From assembly GCA_016296185.1 (NCBI GenBank), contig JAEDJT010000002.1, positions 4,226-68,225 on the forward strand: a DNA stretch of 64,000 nt, given 5' to 3'. Shown here piece by piece: positions 49,847 to 58,826 of the stretch (the stretch's first letter is position 1; each line of letters begins with the position of its first letter). The notes below the pieces were generated by a model. It searched no databases, was not told the origin of the DNA, and saw nothing but the letters and a program-made list of their open reading frames with translations. The position numbers were made by a program, and so were the translations under genes. The DNA comes from Bacilli bacterium. GTDB taxonomy: Bacteria > Bacillota_I > Bacilli_A > RF39 > UBA660.

Positions 49847-50483
49847 AATTAGTAAAAGATTAGAATCTTTAGCGTCTTATGTTGATGTTAAAGATTCTAT
49901 TATTGATGTTGGTTGTGACCATGGTTATTTAAGTATTTATTTAAAAGAAAATAAATTATGTAAGAATATTATTGCTAGTGATGTTAATAAAAATGCTTTA
50001 AGTAGTGCTATTAATAATATTAAAAATAGTAAATTAGATATTGATACTTATTTAAGTGATGGTATTAAAGATGTACCTATGAAAGGTGTAGATACATTAG
50101 TTATTTCTGGAATGGGGACATCAACTATAAAACATATATTAGATGATCAATCTAAATTAAAACATATTAATAAGTTAATAATTCAATCAAATAATGACCA
50201 TATGATTTTAAGATCTTTTATGAATGATATTTGTTATTATTTATCAGATGAAAAAGCTGTATATGATAAAGGTAAATGGTATTTAACTTGTTTATTTATT
50301 AAATCAGATAAAGTAAATACTAAGAATCAAATTGAATATGGTTATTTATCTGATGATATGTATAATATGCATCAAATTGATGAATTAAAAAGAATTATTA
50401 AAAAGATTCCTTTATTTAGTTCTAGTAGATTTAAAAAGTGTTTTGAATTATATAAATTAAAAAAAGCTATCCGTAATAGATAG
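49839..50483 (+). CDS. trmK: tRNA (adenine22-N1)-methyltransferase TrmK
   Basis: RLESLASYV...[14 protein letters not shown]...ASDVN...ISGMG. Follows sigA as in Bacillus. GTG start overlaps the sigA stop. Confidence 0.7.
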   Translation: MNKISKRLESLASYVDVKDSIIDVGCDHGYLSIYLKENKLCKNIIASDVNKNALSSAINNIKNSKLDIDTYLSDGIKDVPMKGVDTLVISGMGTSTIKHILDDQSKLKHINKLIIQSNNDHMILRSFMNDICYYLSDEKAVYDKGKWYLTCLFIKSDKVNTKNQIEYGYLSDDMYNMHQIDELKRIIKKIPLFSSSRFKKCFELYKLKKAIRNR

Positions 50484-50488
50484 TTTTT

Positions 50489-50707
50489 TTATTGAAAAAA
50501 AATAGGTTTATTACTAGTTATTATTTCTTCTTTTATATTATTATTAATTTTATTTTGTTTTTCATTTATACTTAATTTATTAAAATATTCGTTTGATTTA
50601 TTTATGATTGGTTGTAATTCTCTATATAAAGGTATTATTTTTTTTGCTATATTTATTGATTTTGTTAATCCATCAAGTAGTTTTAATAATGATAGATTAT
50701 TATTCAT
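50489..50707 (-). CDS. Hypothetical small protein (72 aa)
   Basis: ORF with a GGTGG RBS before the ATG at 50707. Asn/Lys-rich, no motif recognised. Confidence 0.3.
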   Translation of the reverse strand: MNNNLSLLKLLDGLTKSINIAKKIIPLYRELQPIINKSNEYFNKLSINEKQNKINNNIKEEIITSNKPIFFQ

Positions 50708-50780
50708 GTTAACCACCAATATATTATATGTTTTTTGATTATTTATTATGATATAATTTTAATGATAGTAGGTGATATAA

Positions 50781-51542
50781 ATGCTTATGGATATATATAT
50801 TATTACATTATTATTCATTGCTGGATTATTTTTAGGAATGTTATTTGTGATAATAGGAATTAAATTACCTTTAAAAGAAAGATGTTTTACAAATGTTTGT
50901 GATACATGTAATGATAAATATAAAGTTAGTGAACTTATACCTTTATTTTCTTATGTTTTGAATAGAGGAAAGTGTAATCATTGTAAAACAAAAATGTCTA
51001 TATTAATTCCTATTCTTGAAGTATTTACTGGTTTTTTATTTACTATGTCTTATATTAAATATGGTATTAGCTATGAGATGTTTATATTTTTGATCATTAG
51101 TTCATTATTAATTATTGTTTTTGTTAGTGATTTTAAATATTTTGTTATTATGGATAGTCCAGTTGTTCTTGCAAGTATTTTAGTATTGATTTTAAAATAT
51201 ATCTTTTTTGGGTTTAAAACATTTATTATTTCATTAATTAGTGGTTTATTATTATTTATATTTTTATTAGTTATTAAACTTATTGGAGATAAAATATTTA
51301 AAACGGAATCACTTGGTGGAGGAGATGTTAAACTTTTATCTTTCTTTGGTTTTGTATTAGGAATTAGGCTAGGAATAGTTGCTCTTATTCTTGGATCGTT
51401 TTTAGCTTTTCCTTATGCAATATATTCTACAATGTCTCATGATGAGAATGAAGTTCCTTTTGGACCATTTTTAGTTACTGGTTTATTGTTAACTTTTACT
51501 TTTATGGAACCAATTAGAAATTTTATACAAATTTTATTCTAA
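50781..51542 (+). CDS. Prepilin peptidase (A24 family; PilD/ComC-like)
   Basis: N-terminal Cys cluster (CDTCN...CNHCK), polytopic, catalytic-region GGGDVKLL. Confidence 0.8.
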   Translation: MLMDIYIITLLFIAGLFLGMLFVIIGIKLPLKERCFTNVCDTCNDKYKVSELIPLFSYVLNRGKCNHCKTKMSILIPILEVFTGFLFTMSYIKYGISYEMFIFLIISSLLIIVFVSDFKYFVIMDSPVVLASILVLILKYIFFGFKTFIISLISGLLLFIFLLVIKLIGDKIFKTESLGGGDVKLLSFFGFVLGIRLGIVALILGSFLAFPYAIYSTMSHDENEVPFGPFLVTGLLLTFTFMEPIRNFIQILF

Positions 51543-51568
51543 AAAAAAGAACTATTTATTAGTTCTTT

Positions 51569-53344
51569 TTATATTGCTTGATAATCTCCATAATCCATGT
51601 TGTCATAATCTTCTTCAGTTATTTCTGTAGGTTGTTCTTCTATTTCTTCAACTACAGGTTGCTCTTGCTGAACTTCTTCAACTGGAGTAGTATCTTCTAC
51701 TTGAGAATTTTCTTCAACTACTTGTTGTTCTTCAACAATTTCTTCAGTTGGAGCTTGTTCTTCAGTCGATTGTTCTACTTGAGTTTCTTCATTTGGAGTA
51801 GTAGTTTCTTCATTTATAGTTTCTTTTGTGTTTGTTTCTTCGTTTGTATTTACGATATTTTCTTCGTTAACTGTTTCTTCTGCTACTATTTCTTCAGTAG
51901 GTTGTTCTTCAACAACTTCTTCTGTGTTTTCTTCAGTAACTTCAGTATTTTCTTCTACAGTAGTTTCTTCAATTGGTTGTCCTTCAACGCTTTCTTCAGT
52001 TTGAATTTCTGTATTTTCAATAATTTCTTCAGTTGGTTCGTTTTCAGTTACTTCATTTACTTCTTCAACTGGAGTTTCTTCTTCGTATGGAACATTATCT
52101 ATAGGTACTTCAATTTCTCCTAATATTGCTTTTTTAAGAGCATCATTATAATATCCGAAGTCATTGCTAATATCAGCAACTTTTATTACTTCATTTAATG
52201 ATGTTTCTTCTAGAAGTACTTTATTTAATCCATCTTCAATAATATTTGTTATATTTTGATATACCATATTTCTTAATGGTTCTTTTGTTATTTTTTTATT
52301 AATTGCGTTTTTAATTTTATCATCTATTACTAATACTTCTGTTAGTGGAATACGTCCAGTATATCCGTCTTGGCATTCACGACATCCAACAGCATCAATA
52401 ATATTTTCAATATCTATATTTAAAGCTTTTTTAAATATATTTTTTTCATAATCTGTAGCAGGTCTTTCAGCTTTACAGTATGGACATAATCTTTTAACTA
52501 ATCTTTGTGAAATAATACCTGATAGAGAAGTTGCTAATAAATAATTTTCAATATCTCTGTTTTCAAGATTTTCTAATGTTGTATATATATTTTTAGTATG
52601 CATTGTTGAAATTAATAATTTTCCATTTAAAGCTGATCTTACAACAAGTCTTGCGGTTTCATCATCAGATATTTCACTTAATCCAATTATATTTGGATCT
52701 TGTAGTAAAGTATTTTCTAATAAAACTGGGATTGTTAGATTTTTATCGATATTCACTTGAGCTTGATTGATTCCATCTATTTTCATTTTTATTGGATTTT
52801 CAATAGTCATTATATTTTTAGTATCATCTTTTAATTCTTTTAACATAGAGTATAGAGTAGTAGTTTTACCTGATAATATTTGTCCTGTAATTAAAATAAT
52901 ACCAGATGAGTTTTTCATTAATGATTTGATTTTGGTTAAATCTGTTTCATTAATTCCTAAATTATCAATTCCTTCTAAACTTTTTGTATAGTCAGATAAG
53001 TGAATTACAATTTTTTCTCCATTTAATAATGGTAGGGAAGATACTCTCATATTGTAAGAATTATTATCTTGCTCATGATTTATTATTCCTTTTTGAGGAA
53101 GTTCTGAATCAGTTATGTTCATTCCACTTATTATTTTTACTCTTGTTATGATATTCTTTTTCATACTATCTGGAGCTTTAGTATAATCTGTTAATTCTCC
53201 ATCAATTCTCATTTTAATTAATAGTCCATCTTTTACTGGATCTAAGTGAATATCTGTTGCTTTATGTTTTATGGCATCTGTTAAAATTGTTTTCACAATA
53301 TTTACAGCTGTTTCTTTGTTATAATCGAATGTTTTTAATGCCAT
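51569..53344 (-). CDS. GspE/PilB/ComGA-family secretion ATPase with long acidic C-terminal extension
   Basis: Walker A TGQILSGKTTT, an Asp box and a tetracysteine motif (CPYC...CREC). The last ~170-175 aa form an E/T/V/Q-rich tail. AGGAG RBS favours the ATG at 53344. Confidence 0.75.
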   Translation of the reverse strand: MALKTFDYNKETAVNIVKTILTDAIKHKATDIHLDPVKDGLLIKMRIDGELTDYTKAPDSMKKNIITRVKIISGMNITDSELPQKGIINHEQDNNSYNMRVSSLPLLNGEKIVIHLSDYTKSLEGIDNLGINETDLTKIKSLMKNSSGIILITGQILSGKTTTLYSMLKELKDDTKNIMTIENPIKMKIDGINQAQVNIDKNLTIPVLLENTLLQDPNIIGLSEISDDETARLVVRSALNGKLLISTMHTKNIYTTLENLENRDIENYLLATSLSGIISQRLVKRLCPYCKAERPATDYEKNIFKKALNIDIENIIDAVGCRECQDGYTGRIPLTEVLVIDDKIKNAINKKITKEPLRNMVYQNITNIIEDGLNKVLLEETSLNEVIKVADISNDFGYYNDALKKAILGEIEVPIDNVPYEEETPVEEVNEVTENEPTEEIIENTEIQTEESVEGQPIEETTVEENTEVTEENTEEVVEEQPTEEIVAEETVNEENIVNTNEETNTKETINEETTTPNEETQVEQSTEEQAPTEEIVEEQQVVEENSQVEDTTPVEEVQQEQPVVEEIEEQPTEITEEDYDNMDYGDYQAI

Positions 53345-53442
53345 ACTATCCAACTCCTATCTTTTTATTCTAATATATATTATATCTTATTTTGTTTTAT
53401 TACTCAATATAATTTTGTTCTTTCTAGATTATAATTAAGATA

Positions 53443-53471
53443 TTGATTTTGTATAAAGTTTTATGTATAAT
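53443..53471 (+). promoter_or_regulatory. Promoter TTGATT, 17-nt spacer, TATAAT for the Val T-box leader
   Basis: TTGATT at 53443-53448 and TATAAT at 53466-53471. Confidence 0.5.
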
Positions 53472-53477
53472 ATATTT

Positions 53478-53680
53478 AAATATGTTGAAGAAGAGGAGTA
53501 TTCTGTTTGGATATTGTAGAGAGCTTATGTTTGGTGAAAATAAGTGTTGAAGACAGATGAAGGTTGCTTTGGAGTATGATCCGTTAATATGCGTTAAATA
53601 TTAGAGATGTATAACAATAAGTTATAAATTAAGGTGGTACCGCGGAATTATTTTCGTCCTTAAGTTTATAACTTTTTTTT
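53478..53680 (+). promoter_or_regulatory. T-box riboswitch leader, probable Val specifier (GUU)
   Basis: TTGAAGAAG, AGAGAG box, TTTGGTGAAAA distal loop, specifier context GAAG-GTT-G, consensus T-box AAGGTGGTACCGCG. Terminator stem 53621-53634 pairs with 53658-53672, with T-run 53673-53680. Confidence 0.85.
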
Positions 53681-53699
53681 ATTGGAAAGGGGAATTAAT

Positions 53700-54416
53700 G
53701 TGATAGAAGCTTTTGAACGTTATGTAAGTAATTATGATATGAATGATATCAATATTAAACTTAAATATGATCACTCGTATCGAGTCATGGAGTTAAATAA
53801 AAAGTATGCTACTTTGTTAGGTTGGAATAAGGAAGATATAGAGTTAGCTAGTATTATTGGTTTATTGCATGATATTGGTAGATTTGAACAACTAAAGGTT
53901 TATCATACATATGATGATTTTAAAAGTGTTGATCATGCTGATTATAGTGTTGAACAATTATTTGATAAAGGTTTGATTAAAGAATTTTGTAATAAAGAAG
54001 AATGGTATCCGATTATAAAATTTGCTATTCAGAATCATAATAAATTTGTTATTTCACAATGTGATAATGAAAGAATTCTTAAGCATACAAAGTTAATTAA
54101 AGATAGTGATAAAGTTGATATTATTTATTTACTTGGTACTTTAGGTGAGTTAAATCAATGTTGTACCGATGATAAATTAACTCCTGAATTAATGGAAGTA
54201 TTTAGAAAAAGACAATTAGTTCCTAGAGATAAATGTATTAATAAAAATGATAAAATTCTTGTTCAATATGCATTTGTTTTTAATGTCTATAATGATATAT
54301 GTTTAGAAGATTATAAAAAGTATATTACCAAGTTTCATAAAAGAATGAATGGTGGAGAGCAATTTGAAGAAGTTATGGAAATTATATTAAATTATATAGA
54401 TGAAAGGTTGTGTTAA
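53700..54416 (+). CDS. HD-domain phosphohydrolase
   Basis: H...HD...D pattern (DHSYRV, GLLHDIGRFEQ, DHADYS, KDSDKVD). GTG at 53700 follows a GGAAAGGGG RBS. Confidence 0.6.
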   Translation: MIEAFERYVSNYDMNDINIKLKYDHSYRVMELNKKYATLLGWNKEDIELASIIGLLHDIGRFEQLKVYHTYDDFKSVDHADYSVEQLFDKGLIKEFCNKEEWYPIIKFAIQNHNKFVISQCDNERILKHTKLIKDSDKVDIIYLLGTLGELNQCCTDDKLTPELMEVFRKRQLVPRDKCINKNDKILVQYAFVFNVYNDICLEDYKKYITKFHKRMNGGEQFEEVMEIILNYIDERLC

Positions 54417-54417
54417 T

Positions 54418-56967
54418 ATGGAAATGAATACAAAATATGATCATAAGATTGTAGAAGAAAATAAATATGAAAATTGGAAAAATAAAGGATATTTTAATAG
54501 TGGAGATAAAAGTAAAGATGCTTATACTATAGTTATTCCACCTCCAAATGTTACAGGTAAATTACATATTGGTCATGCTTATAATGTTGCTATTCAAGAT
54601 GCAATTATTAGATATAAAAGAATGCAAGGATTTGATACTTTATGGTTACCAGGTATGGATCATGCTGCAATTGCAACAGAAGCTAAAGTTGTTAAGAAGT
54701 TAAAAGATCAAGGTATTGATAAATATGAATATGGTAGAGAAAAATTCTTAGATGCTTGTTGGGATTGGACTAAAGAGTATGGTGGAAATATTAGAGATCA
54801 ATGGGCTGCTATGGGTATTTCTGTTGATTACAATAAAGAAAGATTTACTTTAGATGAAGGATTAAATAAAGCAGTTACTCAAGTATTTGTTGATTATTAT
54901 AATAAAGGCTTAATTTATCGTGGTGAAAAAATTATTAACTGGGATCCAGCTGCTCAAACAGCTTTATCTAATGAAGAAGTTGTTTTCTCTGAAGAAAAAA
55001 GTGCTTTCTATCATTTAAAATATAAAATTGTTGGTACTGATGAATATTTAGATGTTGCTACTACTAGACCTGAAACTTTATTTGGTGATACAGCAGTTGC
55101 AGTTAATGAAAATGATGAACGTTATAAAAAATATATTGGTATGGAAGTTGAATTACCATTTATGGATAAAAATATTCCTATTATTGCTGATGAACATGCT
55201 GATATGGAAAAAGGAACAGGTGTTGTTAAAATAACTCCAGCTCATGATCCTAACGACTTTGAAGTTGGTAATAGACATAATCTAGAAAGAATCGTCATTA
55301 TGAATGACGATGCTACTTTAAATGAAAATGTTCCTAAAAAATATCAAGGTATGAGTAGAGAAGATGCTCGTGAAGCTGTTTTAGAAGATTTAAAAGCTGC
55401 TGATTTATTATTAGAAATTGAGCCTTTAGTTCATGAAGTTGGACATTCTGAACGTACAGGTGTTATGGTTGAACCTATGGTTAAAAAACAATGGTTTGTT
55501 AAAATGAGAGGTTTAGCTGATAGAGTATTAGAAAATCAATCTAATAAAGATACAAAAGTTAATTTTGTACCTGAATATTATGAAAAAACTATGAATCACT
55601 GGATGGAAATTACTTATGACTGGTGTATTTCTCGTCAATTATGGTGGGGACATAGAATTCCTGCTTGGTATAAAGGTGAAGAAATATATGTTGGTATGGA
55701 ACCTCCTAAAGGTGAAGGTTGGGTTCAAGATGAAGATGTTCTTGATACATGGTTCTCAAGTGCTTTATGGCCTTTCTCAACTTTAGGTTGGCCAGAAGAA
55801 ACTGAAGATATGAAGAGATATTTCCCTACAGATTGTTTAGTTACTGGTTATGATATTATTCCTTTCTGGGTTAATAGAATGACTTTCCAATCATTAGAAT
55901 TAAATAATGTTAGACCATTTAAAGATGTTGTCATTCATGGTTTAGTTCGTGATAAAGAAGGTCGTAAGATGTCTAAATCATTAGGTAATGGTGTTGATCC
56001 ATTCGATATGATAGAAAAGTATGGTACCGATGCATTAAGATATTATTTAAATACTGATTGTGGATTTGGTACTGATTTAAGATTTGACGAAGTTAAAATG
56101 ACATCTACATGGAATTATATTAATAAAATTTGGAATGCTTCTAGATTCGTATTATTAAATATTGAAGATCTAAAAGAATTAACTTTTGATAATTTAACTA
56201 CACAAGATAAATGGATTTTAACTAAATATGAAAATATAGTAAAATCAAGTATTAAACACATGGATAATTATGAATTTAATTTATTTGGTTCTGAAACATA
56301 TAGTTTTATTTATGATGATTTTTGTAGTAGTTATATTGAATTTGCTAAATTTAATAGTGAATCAAATACAACTAAGTCAGTATTATGTTATATATTGACT
56401 GGTATTTTAAAAATGTTACATCCATTTATGCCTTTTGTTACTGAAGAAATCTATCAAATGTTACCAATAAAAGATGAAGAATCTATCATGATTAGTGATT
56501 ATCCTTCATATAATGAAGAGTATGTATTTGATAAAGAAAAAGAAGAAATGGATAAAGTTATTGAATATATTTCATATTTTAGAAATAAGAAAGCTGAAAA
56601 TAATATAAGTAGTGAATTTGAAGTAGTTACTAATATTACTAATGAATTAATAATTAAAATGTTAAAATTAGAAGATAAAATTGTAAATTCTAGTGAATTA
56701 ACTGGTTCATTATTAGTAAGTTTAGGTAATTATGAATTAACTATTTATTATGATAATTCTAAGCAAAAAGGTGAAGAATTAGAGAATTTAACTAAAGAAA
56801 AAGAACAATTAGAAGGTTCTATTGCTAGAAGAAGTAAATTACTAAGTAATGAAAATTATGTTGCAAAAGCACCAGAAAAGATTGTTAATCAAGAAAAAGA
56901 AAATTTAGCAATTGAAGAAGAAAAATTAAAAGTAGTTATTGCTAGATTAGAAGAATTAAGTAAATAA
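54418..56967 (+). CDS. valS: Valine--tRNA ligase
   Basis: PPPNVTGKLHIGHA (HIGH), KMSKSLGN, and a coiled-coil C-terminus. Confidence 0.95.
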   Translation: MEMNTKYDHKIVEENKYENWKNKGYFNSGDKSKDAYTIVIPPPNVTGKLHIGHAYNVAIQDAIIRYKRMQGFDTLWLPGMDHAAIATEAKVVKKLKDQGIDKYEYGREKFLDACWDWTKEYGGNIRDQWAAMGISVDYNKERFTLDEGLNKAVTQVFVDYYNKGLIYRGEKIINWDPAAQTALSNEEVVFSEEKSAFYHLKYKIVGTDEYLDVATTRPETLFGDTAVAVNENDERYKKYIGMEVELPFMDKNIPIIADEHADMEKGTGVVKITPAHDPNDFEVGNRHNLERIVIMNDDATLNENVPKKYQGMSREDAREAVLEDLKAADLLLEIEPLVHEVGHSERTGVMVEPMVKKQWFVKMRGLADRVLENQSNKDTKVNFVPEYYEKTMNHWMEITYDWCISRQLWWGHRIPAWYKGEEIYVGMEPPKGEGWVQDEDVLDTWFSSALWPFSTLGWPEETEDMKRYFPTDCLVTGYDIIPFWVNRMTFQSLELNNVRPFKDVVIHGLVRDKEGRKMSKSLGNGVDPFDMIEKYGTDALRYYLNTDCGFGTDLRFDEVKMTSTWNYINKIWNASRFVLLNIEDLKELTFDNLTTQDKWILTKYENIVKSSIKHMDNYEFNLFGSETYSFIYDDFCSSYIEFAKFNSESNTTKSVLCYILTGILKMLHPFMPFVTEEIYQMLPIKDEESIMISDYPSYNEEYVFDKEKEEMDKVIEYISYFRNKKAENNISSEFEVVTNITNELIIKMLKLEDKIVNSSELTGSLLVSLGNYELTIYYDNSKQKGEELENLTKEKEQLEGSIARRSKLLSNENYVAKAPEKIVNQEKENLAIEEEKLKVVIARLEELSK

Positions 56968-57108
56968 TTTATATAAAAAGTTGAGTAAAATTGGACAAAA
57001 TATCCCGTTTGTGGTATATTTTATTAGCATTAAAAAGTTCAGAAAAAAGTTCTATTTTATTTGACTTTTTTCTATCATGGTAGGTATAAAATTTTAAGGG
57101 GGGTTATT

Positions 57109-57798
57109 ATGGCTACTAATAAAGTTAACAAAGTAAATGCGCCTGTATTAAGTGATTATTCAATTACTAACTATATCGCTGCACAAAATAAAGTTTTATC
57201 GTATTTAGAAATGCTTAAAAGTGATTTTAAAGCTAAATATGATAATGATATTGTTTCTTTCTTTCAATATAGAATTAAAGATAACGAAAGTTTAATTAAT
57301 AAATTACAAAAAGATAATTTACCAATTACTGAAGAAGCGGCTATGAAGAATTTAAATGATATTGTTGGTTTACGTATTGTATGTCCAAACTTATTATATG
57401 TTCAAATAATTATTGAATTATTAAAGAAAAGTACAACATTTAAAATTATTAATGAAAAAGATTATATTTCTCATCCAAAAGATAGCGGATATAGATCTTA
57501 CCATTTAATTGTTGAAGTTCCTGTTGATTTAGTTGATGGTTTAAAAGTAATTAGAGTTGAGATACAAATTAGAACATTATTAATGCATGCTTGGAGTAAT
57601 TTCGAACATGATAAATGTTATAAAAAAGATATTGTTGATCAAGAATTACATGATAGTTTAAAACAACGTAGTGATTTATTATTTGATATGGATTTAGACA
57701 TGATGAGTCAATTAGTTAACGAAAGAAAAAACATTGATGGTGAAATGACTAGTGTTAATGAATATATTCATAAATTAATAAGAGGTAAAAGTCAATAA
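57109..57798 (+). CDS. Small alarmone synthetase (RelQ/RelP-type GTP pyrophosphokinase)
   Basis: RelA/SpoT synthetase motifs: DIVGLRIVC, SGYRSYHLIVEVP, VEIQIRTLLMHAWSNFEHD. GGGGGG RBS. The upstream extension of the track ORF overlaps a TTGACT, 18-nt spacer, TATAAA promoter at 57061-57090. Confidence 0.8.
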   Translation: MATNKVNKVNAPVLSDYSITNYIAAQNKVLSYLEMLKSDFKAKYDNDIVSFFQYRIKDNESLINKLQKDNLPITEEAAMKNLNDIVGLRIVCPNLLYVQIIIELLKKSTTFKIINEKDYISHPKDSGYRSYHLIVEVPVDLVDGLKVIRVEIQIRTLLMHAWSNFEHDKCYKKDIVDQELHDSLKQRSDLLFDMDLDMMSQLVNERKNIDGEMTSVNEYIHKLIRGKSQ

Positions 57799-57857
57799 AA
57801 TGATTGATATCTCTTTTTTTATGCTATAATAATTTCTTGACTAATTGGAGGGGTTAG

Positions 57858-58769
57858 ATGGAAAAGAAAGATATTGTTGACCAATTTGTGTTATCAAGAC
57901 CTGATGCTGTTGGTGTTTATGGCTATGGTTCAGGTGTATTTAAACAAGAATCTTATTCTGATTTAGATAAACCCCAAATTGATCTTATTTTTATTGTAGA
58001 TGATTTACGAAAATGGCATGTAGAAAATATTAAATTAAATAATGGAGATTATTCTATTATTGGTAAAATACATTTTAATTTGAATAGTTTAAAGAAAATT
58101 AAAGGTTTTAATAAAATTACTTATGTTAGTAATGTTAAATTTAAAGACTATAAATTTAAATATGGTGTCGTTGAATTATCTGATTTTATTAAAAGTTTAA
58201 AAACATGGAATAATTTTTTTATTGCTGGTAGATTTCAAAAACCTACTATGAAAATAAAAGGAAATTATTTAATAGATAATGCTTTGAATTCTAATATTGA
58301 AAGTGCATTATTAGTTGGTTGTTTATTATGTGATGCTGAAACTGATTTTATTAGATTATATGAATTGATATGTGGTTTGTCTTATTTGGGAGATATTAGA
58401 ATGTCATTTGCTGAAAATCCAAATAAAGTACAAAATATTGTTAAAGGTAGTATTAGTAATTTTGTAAGAATGTATTTAATTGATTTACCTTTTATAAAAT
58501 TTAATACTAATTGTAGTGTAATTATTAACCATAAATATATTTTAGAACATATAGATTTATTACCATTGGATTTATTATCTTATTTAATGGATGTTAAAAC
58601 TGATTTATCTAATCTAGAAGAAGTTAGAAATAATATATATAAGTATTTTAGAATTAAAAATAGAGAAGAGAGTTTTCATCAAATTTTAGATGGTCTTAAG
58701 ACTAATGGTGTTGTTAAAAGTGTTCCATATGCTTTAGCTAAAATTAATAAACGTTTTAGTATTAAATAG
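57858..58769 (+). CDS. Tam41/Mmp37-like nucleotidyltransferase (phosphatidate cytidylyltransferase family)
   Basis: N-terminal GVYGYGSGVFKQ...IDLIFIVDD NTase signature and the later LSYLGDIRM motif, as I recall for the Mmp37/Tam41 family. Confidence 0.5.
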   Translation: MEKKDIVDQFVLSRPDAVGVYGYGSGVFKQESYSDLDKPQIDLIFIVDDLRKWHVENIKLNNGDYSIIGKIHFNLNSLKKIKGFNKITYVSNVKFKDYKFKYGVVELSDFIKSLKTWNNFFIAGRFQKPTMKIKGNYLIDNALNSNIESALLVGCLLCDAETDFIRLYELICGLSYLGDIRMSFAENPNKVQNIVKGSISNFVRMYLIDLPFIKFNTNCSVIINHKYILEHIDLLPLDLLSYLMDVKTDLSNLEEVRNNIYKYFRIKNREESFHQILDGLKTNGVVKSVPYALAKINKRFSIK

Positions 58770-58826
58770 ATTGATTTAAAAACAAATGTTTGATATAATT
58801 TATTTGTTGAAAATGGTGATAGTTTT

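Noticed and set aside
51569-52095. Tandem DNA repeat or CRISPR-like array in the GAA/ACT-rich stretch
   Set aside because: The periodicity is degenerate and in frame within a continuous ORF (the acidic protein tail). There are no identical direct repeats separated by unique spacers. I noticed no CRISPR array anywhere in the window.
51578-52123. 181-aa + strand ORF (Phe/Ser/Asn-rich)
   Set aside because: It is the antisense reading of the GAA/GTT-rich acidic tail of the secretion ATPase gene, so it is an artefact of the codon repeat.
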